Origin: Candidatus Marinacidobacterium sp.
Lineage (GTDB): Bacteria > Acidobacteriota > Vicinamibacteria > Marinacidobacterales > Marinacidobacteraceae
Direction of reading: 5' to 3'
Assembly (NCBI GenBank): GCA_965220965.1
Contig: OZ244852.1
Span: 2,304,001-2,368,000 of the forward strand
DNA length: 64,000 bases
Position 1 is the first letter of the stretch. Each line of letters starts with the position of its first letter. The notes beneath the pieces were generated by a model. The model had not been told where the DNA came from. It did not search any database and saw only the letters and a program-made list of their open reading frames with translations. Position numbers and translations under genes: made by a program. Below, one piece after another: positions 8,500-17,607 of the stretch.

Positions 8500-9621
8500 T
8501 CAGCCGGAGGCGGGAGTCCGCCGCAGGACGGCGCCTTCCTCGCCGGTCTGGTGGTAGGAGTCGCCGTAGTACTTGCTGGTGATCCGGGTGTGGAAGTCCT
8601 CGGCGCGGACCGGAGGATAAAGCGGCTCGCCCTGGCTCGGGAGGACTTCGAGGATCTCGTCCTCCCAGACATAGACCGCCATCGGGAATGAGGTGCGGGG
8701 GCGGGCGCGCGCCGCCGGGTCGCGGGGAGCGCTCACCCGGTGGGTCGTGGAAGGCAGCCGGTTGTTCGTGATCCGCTGCATGTAGTCGCCGGTGTTCAGG
8801 ACGATCGTCCCCGGGGGCGCGGCGACGCGGACCCACTTCATCGTCTGGCGATGGAGCAACTGGAGGCCCTCGGTCTCGGCCGCCGGAAGCAGCGTGAACA
8901 GATCCACGTCCTCGTGGCCCAGCATGCGTCCGGTGGTCTCTTCGGGCGCATCCGACATCGGCGGGTAGTAATTCAGCCGGAAGCCGAAGTTCGTCGCGGT
9001 GAGGCGGCGGTCGTAGAGATGCCGGTCCTCGCCCAGGTACTCGAGCACGGCCCGCATGACGGGAAGGATCAGCGCCTCGTTCGCCAGCACGACCCGCCGG
9101 AAGAAGGGCTCCCAGCCGGCCGACGGCCAGTACGCCCCCTCCCGCCACGCGGGGTCTCCGGCGAGATCGAACGCCCGCCGGCAGAAGACCCACCCCTCGA
9201 CCAGGTCGGGGTGGATCATCGTGGTTTCCCGCATCGGGAAGTACCCCTGGTTCACCGACCCCTGCCGCCGGGCGCGGAAGGAGAGCTTGCGCTCGAGCGG
9301 ATGGCTCTCGAAGAAGCGCCGCGTCCGGCGGTGCGCCTCGGCGTAGAGCGCCGGATCCACGCCGTGACCGGTGAGGATGGCGAAGCCGGTGTCCTCGAGC
9401 GACTCGCCGAGTTCGCGGACGCCGCGGGCGCGCTCGGAAGCCACCGGCGAGTCGAGCAGCGACAGATCGCAAGGTCGGAGGACGAAGTCCTCGTCGAACG
9501 CCTCTTCGGCGTCCTCGGCCAGCCGATAGCGCTGGAGCTTGTCGACCTGCTCGTAGGCGCGGAGCTCCTGGTTGAACCGCGCCGGGTCGAACCCTGCGGA
9601 CCCGGGAGCAGCGCTTCTCAC
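8500..9621 (-). CDS. Isopenicillin N synthase-family 2OG-Fe(II) oxygenase
   Basis: GFAILTGHGV, RLNYYPP, HxD (GHEDVDLFTLL), NTGDYMQRITN, STTHRV, RxS (RTSFP). Confidence 0.9.
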   Translation of the reverse strand: MRSAAPGSAGFDPARFNQELRAYEQVDKLQRYRLAEDAEEAFDEDFVLRPCDLSLLDSPVASERARGVRELGESLEDTGFAILTGHGVDPALYAEAHRRTRRFFESHPLERKLSFRARRQGSVNQGYFPMRETTMIHPDLVEGWVFCRRAFDLAGDPAWREGAYWPSAGWEPFFRRVVLANEALILPVMRAVLEYLGEDRHLYDRRLTATNFGFRLNYYPPMSDAPEETTGRMLGHEDVDLFTLLPAAETEGLQLLHRQTMKWVRVAAPPGTIVLNTGDYMQRITNNRLPSTTHRVSAPRDPAARARPRTSFPMAVYVWEDEILEVLPSQGEPLYPPVRAEDFHTRITSKYYGDSYHQTGEEGAVLRRTPASG

Positions 9622-10907
9622 GAACCGGCCGCCTGCATCTCCGCCGCGACCGCCTCCGCCTCCCGGAGGATGCGGAGGGTGTTGCCGCTCCAGAGCTGGC
9701 GGATCTGATCCTCGGTGTAGCCGCGCCGCACCAGCTCGACCGTCACGTTCAGGGTCTCGGAGGCGTCGTCCCAGCCGTCGACCCCGCCGCCGCCGTCGAA
9801 GTCGGACGAGATCCCCACGTGGTCGAGCCCCATGACCTCGACGGCGTGGTCGATGTGGTCCACGAAGTCCGACACGGTGACCGGGTAGCGGTCCGAGATC
9901 TCGCCGAGCCGGGCGCGCAGCGCCGCCTGGTCCTCCTCGGAGAGCGAGCCGAACCCGGCCCGCGACTCCAGCCCGAACTCCGCCAGCGCCGCCTCCGTCT
10001 CGGCCACCTTCTCGGGCGGATCCACCTTGACGAATCCCCGAAGCGCCACCGTCTGCATGACGCCGCCGTTCGCGGCGAGCGCCCGGAGCTGCTCGTCGTC
10101 CATGTTCCGGGTCACGTCGGCGAGCGCCTTCGTGCTCGAGTGGGAAGCGATCAGCGGGGCGCGGGACAACTCGGCCGCCTGCATCATCGTCTTCTTCGAG
10201 GTGTGGGAGACATCGACCAGCATTCCGAGCCGGTTCATTTCGGCGACGACCTCGCGGCCGAACTCGCTCAGCCCGCCGTGCTCCTCCTCCTCGTCCCCGA
10301 GGTCCGCCCGCGGGTTCGTGGAGTCGCCGATGTCGTTGTGGCCGTTGTGGGTGAGGGTGACGTAGCGGGCTCCGAGGTCCCGATACGTCTCGAGGAGCGA
10401 GAGATCCTTCCCGATCACGAATCCGTTCTCGATCCCGATCATCGCGACGAGCCGGCCCTCGGCGTGGATCGCCTCGAGCCCGTCCGCGGTGTCGGTGAAG
10501 CCGATCACGTCCGCGTGCCGTTCGGTGGCGCGGTGGATCGCCTCGAACTTCGTCATGGCCCCCTCTTTCGCCCGCTCATAGCCCTCCGGCGTGCGCTCGG
10601 TCTGGCCGTAGTAGACGATGAAGAATCCGGCGTCGAGGCCGCCTTCCTGCATCCGCGGGTAGTCCACCTGGAAGTCCTCGTTCACATTCCCGGGGTCCAC
10701 TTCCTCCGTCATGTAGTTGAAGGGGATGTCGATGTGGGTGCAGAGCGTCAGGACCGCATCGTGGATCCGCCGGGCCTCCTCGAGGATCTCCGCCTCGGTC
10801 GGCTCGGCGGGTTCTTCGGGCGCCGGGGCCCCGCATCCGGCGAGCAGGAGCGAGGTGGCGGCGAGGGCAACGCCCGACGTCAGGGCGATTCGATTCGAAA
10901 TGGACAT
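9618..10907 (-). CDS. Membrane dipeptidase (peptidase M19), lipoprotein
   Basis: THIDIP, IGIENG, TLTHNGHN, VDVSH, ASHSS, HVGISSDFDGGG; lipobox LLAGC. Confidence 0.92.
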   Translation of the reverse strand: MSISNRIALTSGVALAATSLLLAGCGAPAPEEPAEPTEAEILEEARRIHDAVLTLCTHIDIPFNYMTEEVDPGNVNEDFQVDYPRMQEGGLDAGFFIVYYGQTERTPEGYERAKEGAMTKFEAIHRATERHADVIGFTDTADGLEAIHAEGRLVAMIGIENGFVIGKDLSLLETYRDLGARYVTLTHNGHNDIGDSTNPRADLGDEEEEHGGLSEFGREVVAEMNRLGMLVDVSHTSKKTMMQAAELSRAPLIASHSSTKALADVTRNMDDEQLRALAANGGVMQTVALRGFVKVDPPEKVAETEAALAEFGLESRAGFGSLSEEDQAALRARLGEISDRYPVTVSDFVDHIDHAVEVMGLDHVGISSDFDGGGGVDGWDDASETLNVTVELVRRGYTEDQIRQLWSGNTLRILREAEAVAAEMQAAGS

Positions 10908-11009
10908 GGGACCTCGGAGACGGTCGTGCCGGCCTCCGGGATGGCGCCGGCGAACTCACGATGGTACCAATCGGAAGGCGCCCGCCCCGGAAGGCCGGGG
11001 TGCGAGACA

Positions 11010-12070
11010 ATGGGGCGGAGCGTGTTCCCCTGGACCTTCGCCGGGCGCGGCCCCGGCCGGATCCTCCTCGCGGGCCTCGCGCTGTCTCTCGGCGCGCCGG
11101 CCGCTTCGTCGGGCCAGACCCGCGGGGCCGCCGGGTATGAGGCGCGCGTTCAGCGCTACCGGAGCGGCGACTTCGTGGGGGCGATCCGGGACAGCATGGA
11201 GCTCTCCCAGGATGACCTCGAGGACGACGCCCGGGTCTACCTTCGCGGCTTCACCGGACGAAGCGCGAGCCAGGACCTGACGCTTCTGGCCGCCGCTCTC
11301 TTCCATCTCGACCTCGCCGGACCGGCGGGCGTCGATCCCGAAGACAACGAGGAGATCGCGCGGCGCTTCCTGGACCAGATCACCGAACCGCAGCGGGCCG
11401 AGTGGTTGCGGGAGACGCACCTGGGCCTTCTCGGATTCCATGCGACCCGTAGCCGGTGGCCGGACGCCGTCCGGGTGGCGATCGAGCTGGGCGAGCGGTT
11501 CGACGAGGACCGCACCGTCGCGCTGGCGGGCGCCTGGCTCGCCGAGGCGCTCGGGTGGGGCTACCACGACGAGCGCTTCCTCGACCAGGCGCAGTTCGTC
11601 TACGTCGGGCTGCTGACCCCGCCGGAAGGCGAGGCGCCGGCGCCGGACGACGAGGCGCCGGACCCGGTGGAGCTGCGGCTGCGCCTCGGGCACCTGACCC
11701 TGCGCGAGGGCAATCCGGAGAGCGCGCTGGAACTGCTCGAGGCGCCGGACGGCTATCCGAACGCCCTGTTCCGGTTCGTGGCGGGGGTCCTGCGGGGGGA
11801 GACGCTCCTCTGGCTCGGTCGGGCCCAGGAGGCGGAGCAGGCCTTCGCCGAAGCGCACGCCGTCCACTCCGGCTCGGTCTCGGCGGCGGCCGGACTGGCG
11901 GCCGCCCGCCAGATGCTCGGGGACAGCCCGGGCGCGGCGCAGACGGCCCGGCGCTTTCTCGCGGACACCGACGGCGAAGACGCCTGCGACGGTTCCTGCT
12001 CGGCGGCCTGACCGCACAGATGGAGCGGCTCGACCGGCTGCGGGCGCTCGTCCTGGTCCGAAGCCCATGA
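11010..12070 (+). pseudogene. TPR-like exported protein with an apparent 1-bp frameshift near 11986 (real pseudogene or sequencing error)
   Basis: Frame from ATG 11010 stops at 12011; adding one G at 11986 gives EDAWRRFLLGGLTAQMERLDRLRALV.. ending at 12070 with an ATGA overlap into the VWA gene. Confidence 0.6.
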
Positions 12071-13089
12071 TCCCGATCCTCGCGACGCTCGCCCTCGCCG
12101 CCGCCGCGCCCCCCCAGGTCCAGTTCCGGGTGACCACCCAGGAAGTCCTGGTCGACGTGGTCGTCACCCGGGACGGCCGCCCGGTGAGCGGGCTCACGGT
12201 GGAGGACTTCACGCTCCTCGACGACGGCGAGCAGCGGCCGGTGCGACTCGTGCCGCAGTCCGATCTGCCGCTCTCGATCCTGTTCCTCATGGACCAGAGC
12301 GCCAGCGTCACCGAGGAGCGGAGCCGGCTCCTCCGGGAAGCGGCCGCCCGGTTCGGGGCCCAGCTTGCGGAGCAGGACGAGTGCGCCCGCGCCCGCTTCG
12401 CCGAGAGCCTCGTCCTGGTCCGCGACTTCGGCGACTGCCGCACGCTCGACGAGGAGTCGCCTTCCGCCGAGGCGCTCAGCGGAGGCACGGCGCTGTGGGA
12501 CGCGCTGGTCATCGCCTCCGCCCTCGTCGAGGGCGAAACCGGACGGCCGGTGATCGTCGTCTTCACCGATGGGCAGGACACCGCGAGCTGGACGCCGGAG
12601 GGCCTCCTCGAGGACGCGCTCCGCGGGCTGAACGCGCTGGTCTACGGCGTGATCCCGCCGGGGACCACCGGGACGGCCCGGACCCCCTACCGCTACCAGC
12701 GGTTCGACCCGTCGCCCCCCTCGGTCCTGCGACGGCAGCGGATCGGCATGCGGCGCATGAACCCGGCGGAGGCGCCGGACGCGCTCGAGGCGCTCCTCGA
12801 AGGGCCCCGCCGCAACATCCGCCCCCGGAGCGGGGCGAGGCCGCCGTCGGAGCTCCAGCTCCTCCGCCACGCCGCCGAAGGAAGCGGCGGACGCCTGGTC
12901 CGCGCCCAGGACGAGCGCCGGCTCTCCGCCGCCTACGCCGGGATCCTCGAGGAGATGCAGGCGCGGTACGTGCTGGCCTTCGAGCCGGATCCCGGGGAGC
13001 CGCCCGGGTGGCGTCGTCTCGAAGTGACGGTGGGGATGTCGGGCGTCGTCGTCCGGGCGCGGGCCGGGTACGTGCACCGGGCCCGGTGA
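12067..13089 (+). CDS. VWA domain protein (acidobacterial VWFA-related type)
   Basis: FRVTTQEVLVDVVVTRDGRPVSGLTVEDF, MIDAS-like DQSASV, GGTALWDAL, VFTDGQDTAS, VRARAGY. Confidence 0.88.
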   Translation: MIPILATLALAAAAPPQVQFRVTTQEVLVDVVVTRDGRPVSGLTVEDFTLLDDGEQRPVRLVPQSDLPLSILFLMDQSASVTEERSRLLREAAARFGAQLAEQDECARARFAESLVLVRDFGDCRTLDEESPSAEALSGGTALWDALVIASALVEGETGRPVIVVFTDGQDTASWTPEGLLEDALRGLNALVYGVIPPGTTGTARTPYRYQRFDPSPPSVLRRQRIGMRRMNPAEAPDALEALLEGPRRNIRPRSGARPPSELQLLRHAAEGSGGRLVRAQDERRLSAAYAGILEEMQARYVLAFEPDPGEPPGWRRLEVTVGMSGVVVRARAGYVHRAR

Positions 13090-13199
13090 GCCGCGAAGCC
13101 GGCAGAACCTCGCGCCGGCGGCGGATCCGTCGGGAACCGGCCGGCGCCCGACGCCCGAGCCTCCCGGAGGGCCGGAGCGGCGCGCCCGGCGCCCTGCTC

Positions 13200-16100
13200 A
13201 TGGGCGCCCTCCTGCTGTCGGGTTTCGCCTCGCTCGTCTTCCAGATCGTCTGGGTCCGCCGGTTCGCCGTCGTGCTCGGAACGACGCATCTGGCGATCAC
13301 CGTGGTCCTCGCGATGTTCCTCGGGGGACTGGGGCTCGGCGCGCTGCTCGCCGGACGCTCGGGCGGGTCGCTCGGGGCGGGACGGCTGGCCCGACGATTC
13401 CTGCTGCTCGAGGCGGGGACCGCGGCCTGCGCGCTCGCGCTTCCCTTCTACCTGGAGGCCACGCCGCCCCTGCTCCGGGCGGTCTCCGCCGCAACCGGCG
13501 CTCCGGGATGGACGCTCGCCGCGAACGCGCTGCTGGCGGCGGGCTTCCTCTTCCCGGCCGCGACCTTGATGGGAGCGACCCTCCCGACGGTGACCGCGCT
13601 CGCGCGCCGCGCGTCGAGCGGCGGCGAGGGCTCGGGAGAGGGACGCGCGGCGGGCCGGCTCTACGCCGCGAACACCGCCGGGGCGCTTCTCGGCAGCGTG
13701 GCGGCGGCCCGCTTTCTCGTCCCGGGACTCGGCCTCGCGGCGACCACACTGTGCGCGGCGGGGGCCAACCTGCTCGCCGGGAGCGCGGTCTTCGCCCGCT
13801 TCCGGAGTCGCGGCGCCGCCGAAGAAGCGCCCGCAGCCTTCCCGGCGCGGCGCCGCCCGATGGGCGGACGCCGGTTCGCGGCCGTCGCGGCGCTCTCCGG
13901 GTTCGCGGCGCTCGCCTCCGAGGTCGGCTGGGCGCGGCTGGCCTCGCTGCTGTTCGGACCCACGACCTACACCTTCGCATGCGTCGTGGGCGCGGTGATC
14001 CTCGGGGTCGCGGCCGGAAGCGCCGCCGGAACCCGGTTGCTGCGGGCGGGTCGCGATCCGGGGGCCTGGCTCGCCGCCGTCCAGGTCTTCGCGGCCGCGG
14101 CCTCGGCGGGGGCGGCCTGGATCGGGAGCCGCGCCGTCCTGCCGGTGGGCGGGCTCATCGCGCGACACGCCGGGGACCCCTCCCGGCTGCTCGACCTCCA
14201 GGTCCTGGCCGCCGCCCTCGTCCTCCTCCTTCCGGCGGCGGCGATGGGGGCGTCCTTCCCGCTGGCGGTGGCGGGGGCCGCCGGCGGAGGCGCCCCCGGA
14301 CGCGCCACTGGCCGGATCTACGGGTGGACGGCGGCCGGCAACGTCGCCGGGGCGCTGGTCGCCGGGCTCGTCGTCGTTCCATGGCTGGGTCTCGAGGCGG
14401 CCCTCCTGACCGCGATGGGAGCGCACCTCGCGGCGGCGCTGACCGCCCGGCCGGCGAGTCGCGCCCTGCTCGCCGTCGCCGCCGCGGCGGGGATCGCCGT
14501 CTTCTCCGTCCGTTCGTGGGACTGGGAGGCGCTGTCCGGCGGCCTCTACAAGGCCGCGCCCCAGCTCGACGCGTCGCGCCACCGCGACTTCCTGCGGCGC
14601 GGTCGCCTCGTGTTCCTCGAGCAGGGCGCCGCCGCCACCGTCTCCGTCAAGGAAATCGCGGGAGAGCGTTCGCTCGCCATCGACGGGAAGGTCGACGCCA
14701 CCGATGGCGCGGACATGCTGACCCAGAAGATGCTGGCGCATCTCCCGCTACTCCTCGCGCCGGAGCCCCGCTCCGTGCTGATCGTGGGCCACGGGAGCGG
14801 CGTGACCGCGGGCTCGGCGCTGCGGCATCCGGTCCGGCGGGTGACCGCGCTCGAGATCTCGCCCGAAGTCGCGGAGGCGTCGCGCCTCTTCGCGGCCGCG
14901 AACGGGTTCCCATGGGAGGACGACCGCTTCGAACTCGTCGAGACGGACGCGAGGAACCATCTGATGCTGGAGGATCGCGCGTTCGACGTGGTCATCTCGG
15001 AGCCGTCGAACCCGTGGATGAGCGGCGTGTCGCCACTCTTCACGGTGGAGTTCTTCGAGCTTGTCCGGTCCCGGCTGTCGGAGGGAGGGCTCTTCTGCCA
15101 GTGGATCCACCTCTACAACCTGAGCGAGGAGAGCCTGCGGACCGTCGTCGGCTCGTTCACCGATGTGTTCCAAGAGGCGGCGCTCTTCGCGCTCCACGAC
15201 GGGGACGCGCTCCTGCTAGGGGCCCGGGGCCGAATGGAGGTCGCGTCACGGGCCGAGATCGGGGCCCGCATCGCTGCGCTCGACGGGGAACTCGACGCGT
15301 GGGGCATCCGCGACGCCGAGGCTTTCCGAGGTCTGCTGACCGCCGGGACGCCGGTGCTTTCGACCTGGGCGGCGGGCGCCGCGCGTCACACCGACGACCG
15401 TCCGGTGCTGGAGTTCGAGGCGCCGATGTCCATGCACGCCCTCACCGCGGCGGCGAACCGCCGGGCGCTCGAGGCGGTGGGGACCGGGACCATGGCGGGC
15501 GTCTTCGGGCCGCCTCCGCCGCCGGACCCGGCGCGGCTCACCGCCCGCGCCGAAGGGCTCCTGCTCGCCGCGAGCCCGGACTGGGCGTTCGAGCTGGCGG
15601 AGCGGGCGCTGGCGCTCGACCGGGGTTTCCGGGAGGCCGCGGAGACGCTCGTGCGGGCCGCCATCCGCAGCGGGCGCGCCGAGCCCGGGGAGGAGGCGCT
15701 GCTCCGGGCTCTTGCGGCGTCCAGCCCGCCGGACGCCGTCGGCCTGGCGGTCGAGCGGGCGCGCCTGCTCCACGCCGCCGGCGCCGCCGAGGGAGCGATC
15801 GCGGTCCTGGAGTCCGGGCCGGGAGAGCTCCGTCAGGACCGGGACGCGCTCCTGCTCGCCGCCGAAATCCAGATCGGGCGCGGGGAGCTCGACTCGGCCG
15901 AGGCGCTGATCCTCGCGGCGCTGGCCGCCGACCCGCTGGACGCGGTAGCCGCCGCCTGGCTCGCCGAGATCAGTCTCCGCCGGGGCGACCCGGAGCTCGC
16001 GGCTTCCCGCGCCGCGGCGATCCTCGGGGAACGCCCCGACACGGTCCGGGCGCTCCGGATCCGCGCGGTGGCGCTGGCGGAGGCCGGGGAAGTCACCCGG

Positions 16101-16358
16101 GCAAGGGCGGCGTTCGAGGAACTCCTGGAGCGCTCGCCGGAACCCGCGATCCACTGGGCGAACGCAGCCGCATTCGCCGCGGCCCAAGGCGATTCGCCGG
16201 AGGCCGTCCGGCTCTACCGGGAAGCGGTGGACCGCGACCCGGACAACCTGACGGCCTACCGCGGACTCGAGGCGGCCGCGACGCGCGCGGGCGACCGGGA
16301 GGCGCAGCGACGCGCTCGCGAGGTCCTGCGCGGGGCGGACTCCGCCGGCCGCCGGTAG
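13200..16358 (+). CDS. Fused membrane/MFS-like domain + spermidine-synthase-like methyltransferase with C-terminal TPRs; alternative start GTG 13086
   Basis: SGFASLVFQIVWVR, LYAANTAGA, LAIDGKVDA, VLIVGHGSGVTAG, FDVVISEPSNPW, HTDDRPVLEF. Confidence 0.85.
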   Translation: MGALLLSGFASLVFQIVWVRRFAVVLGTTHLAITVVLAMFLGGLGLGALLAGRSGGSLGAGRLARRFLLLEAGTAACALALPFYLEATPPLLRAVSAATGAPGWTLAANALLAAGFLFPAATLMGATLPTVTALARRASSGGEGSGEGRAAGRLYAANTAGALLGSVAAARFLVPGLGLAATTLCAAGANLLAGSAVFARFRSRGAAEEAPAAFPARRRPMGGRRFAAVAALSGFAALASEVGWARLASLLFGPTTYTFACVVGAVILGVAAGSAAGTRLLRAGRDPGAWLAAVQVFAAAASAGAAWIGSRAVLPVGGLIARHAGDPSRLLDLQVLAAALVLLLPAAAMGASFPLAVAGAAGGGAPGRATGRIYGWTAAGNVAGALVAGLVVVPWLGLEAALLTAMGAHLAAALTARPASRALLAVAAAAGIAVFSVRSWDWEALSGGLYKAAPQLDASRHRDFLRRGRLVFLEQGAAATVSVKEIAGERSLAIDGKVDATDGADMLTQKMLAHLPLLLAPEPRSVLIVGHGSGVTAGSALRHPVRRVTALEISPEVAEASRLFAAANGFPWEDDRFELVETDARNHLMLEDRAFDVVISEPSNPWMSGVSPLFTVEFFELVRSRLSEGGLFCQWIHLYNLSEESLRTVVGSFTDVFQEAALFALHDGDALLLGARGRMEVASRAEIGARIAALDGELDAWGIRDAEAFRGLLTAGTPVLSTWAAGAARHTDDRPVLEFEAPMSMHALTAAANRRALEAVGTGTMAGVFGPPPPPDPARLTARAEGLLLAASPDWAFELAERALALDRGFREAAETLVRAAIRSGRAEPGEEALLRALAASSPPDAVGLAVERARLLHAAGAAEGAIAVLESGPGELRQDRDALLLAAEIQIGRGELDSAEALILAALAADPLDAVAAAWLAEISLRRGDPELAASRAAAILGERPDTVRALRIRAVALAEAGEVTRARAAFEELLERSPEPAIHWANAAAFAAAQGDSPEAVRLYREAVDRDPDNLTAYRGLEAAATRAGDREAQRRAREVLRGADSAGRR

Positions 16359-16368
16359 CCGGTCCGGC

Positions 16369-16752
16369 CTAGTCCTCGGAGTAGAGCATCCCGGCGAGGT
16401 AGCCCGCCAGGCCCATCTCCACGAGCGTCCAGACGCCGCCCAGCATGCTGAAGTCCATCAGGCCCATGTTCGCCGCGCCGGCCATCGGGAGCAGCGTGTG
16501 GAGGATCCAGACGGTGACCCCGGCGCAGACCGCCGCCTTCGGGCCTGCTCCGAAGCGCGGGCGGCCGGCGGCATAGACCCAGGCGACCAGGATCCCCAGC
16601 ACGAACGCGTAGACGACCCAGAAGGCGATCGAGCCCCCAGCGTCGGCCTCCATCGGCATGACGATCATGTTGAGGACGTACTCGCTGACGTTGATCAGGA
16701 GGCCGGCCACCAGCCCGCCCTTGATCACGCCGCTCAGGTTGATTCCGGCCAT
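16369..16752 (-). CDS. Small hypothetical membrane protein (about 4 helices)
   Basis: ATG with AGGAGA RBS; GGLVAGLLIN, YAAGRPRFGAGPKAA. Confidence 0.75.
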   Translation of the reverse strand: MAGINLSGVIKGGLVAGLLINVSEYVLNMIVMPMEADAGGSIAFWVVYAFVLGILVAWVYAAGRPRFGAGPKAAVCAGVTVWILHTLLPMAGAANMGLMDFSMLGGVWTLVEMGLAGYLAGMLYSED

Positions 16753-16860
16753 CTGCGTGTCTCCTTGTCGCATGACCGTCCCGTCACCGGGACGATCCAC
16801 GGATGCCGGATGGTCTCACCACCCGCCGGTCGCCGGCAACCGGCGGCCGCCCGGACGGAG

Positions 16861-17607
16861 CTACCGCCCCGAGATGATCCGGAAGAGGTTCCGGACGGGG
16901 TCGTAGAACCGGTCCACGACCCTCTCCTTGAGCGGGATGATGGCGTTGTCGGTGATCGTGATGTGCTCGGGGCACACCTTGGTGCAGCACTTCGTGATGT
17001 TGCAGTAGCCGACGCCATGCGCCTTTCGCAGTTCGGGCACCCGGTCCTCGGTGTCGAGCGGATGCATCTCGAGGGCCGCGATGTGCGCGAAGAAGCGCGG
17101 ACCGACGAACTCGTCGTGCTTGTGGGAGTCGCGCAGAACGTGACAGACGTCCTGGCAGAGGAAGCACTCGATGCACTTCCGGAACTCCTGGACGCGGTCC
17201 ACGTCCCGCTGGTCCATCCGCCAGGTTCCGTCCTCGGCGTCCGGCGGCCGGGGCCTGAACTTCCGGATCGACTTCTTGACCTCGAAGTTCCAGCTCACAT
17301 CGGTCACGAGGTCGCGGAGCGGCGGGAAGGCGCGCATCGGCTCGATCGTGACCGGCTGGTCCTCGGGCAGGTCGTTCATCCGGGTCATGCACATGAGCCG
17401 GGGGTTCCCGTTGACCTCGGCGCTGCAGGAGCCGCACTTCCCCGCCTTGCAGTTCCAGCGGACCGCGAGATCCCCCGCCGATTCGGCCTGGATCTGATGC
17501 ACCGCGTCGAGGACGACCATCCCCTCGGTGATGTCGGTCGAGTACTCCTCGAACGAGCCCTCGCCGCCCGCTTCGGCGCGCCAGATGCGGAATGTCCTGC
17601 TCGCCAT
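16861..17607 (-). CDS. sdhB: Succinate dehydrogenase/fumarate reductase iron-sulfur subunit
   Basis: CKAGKCGSC..C, CIECFLCQDVC, CNITKCCTKVCP. Confidence 0.95.
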   Translation of the reverse strand: MASRTFRIWRAEAGGEGSFEEYSTDITEGMVVLDAVHQIQAESAGDLAVRWNCKAGKCGSCSAEVNGNPRLMCMTRMNDLPEDQPVTIEPMRAFPPLRDLVTDVSWNFEVKKSIRKFRPRPPDAEDGTWRMDQRDVDRVQEFRKCIECFLCQDVCHVLRDSHKHDEFVGPRFFAHIAALEMHPLDTEDRVPELRKAHGVGYCNITKCCTKVCPEHITITDNAIIPLKERVVDRFYDPVRNLFRIISGR

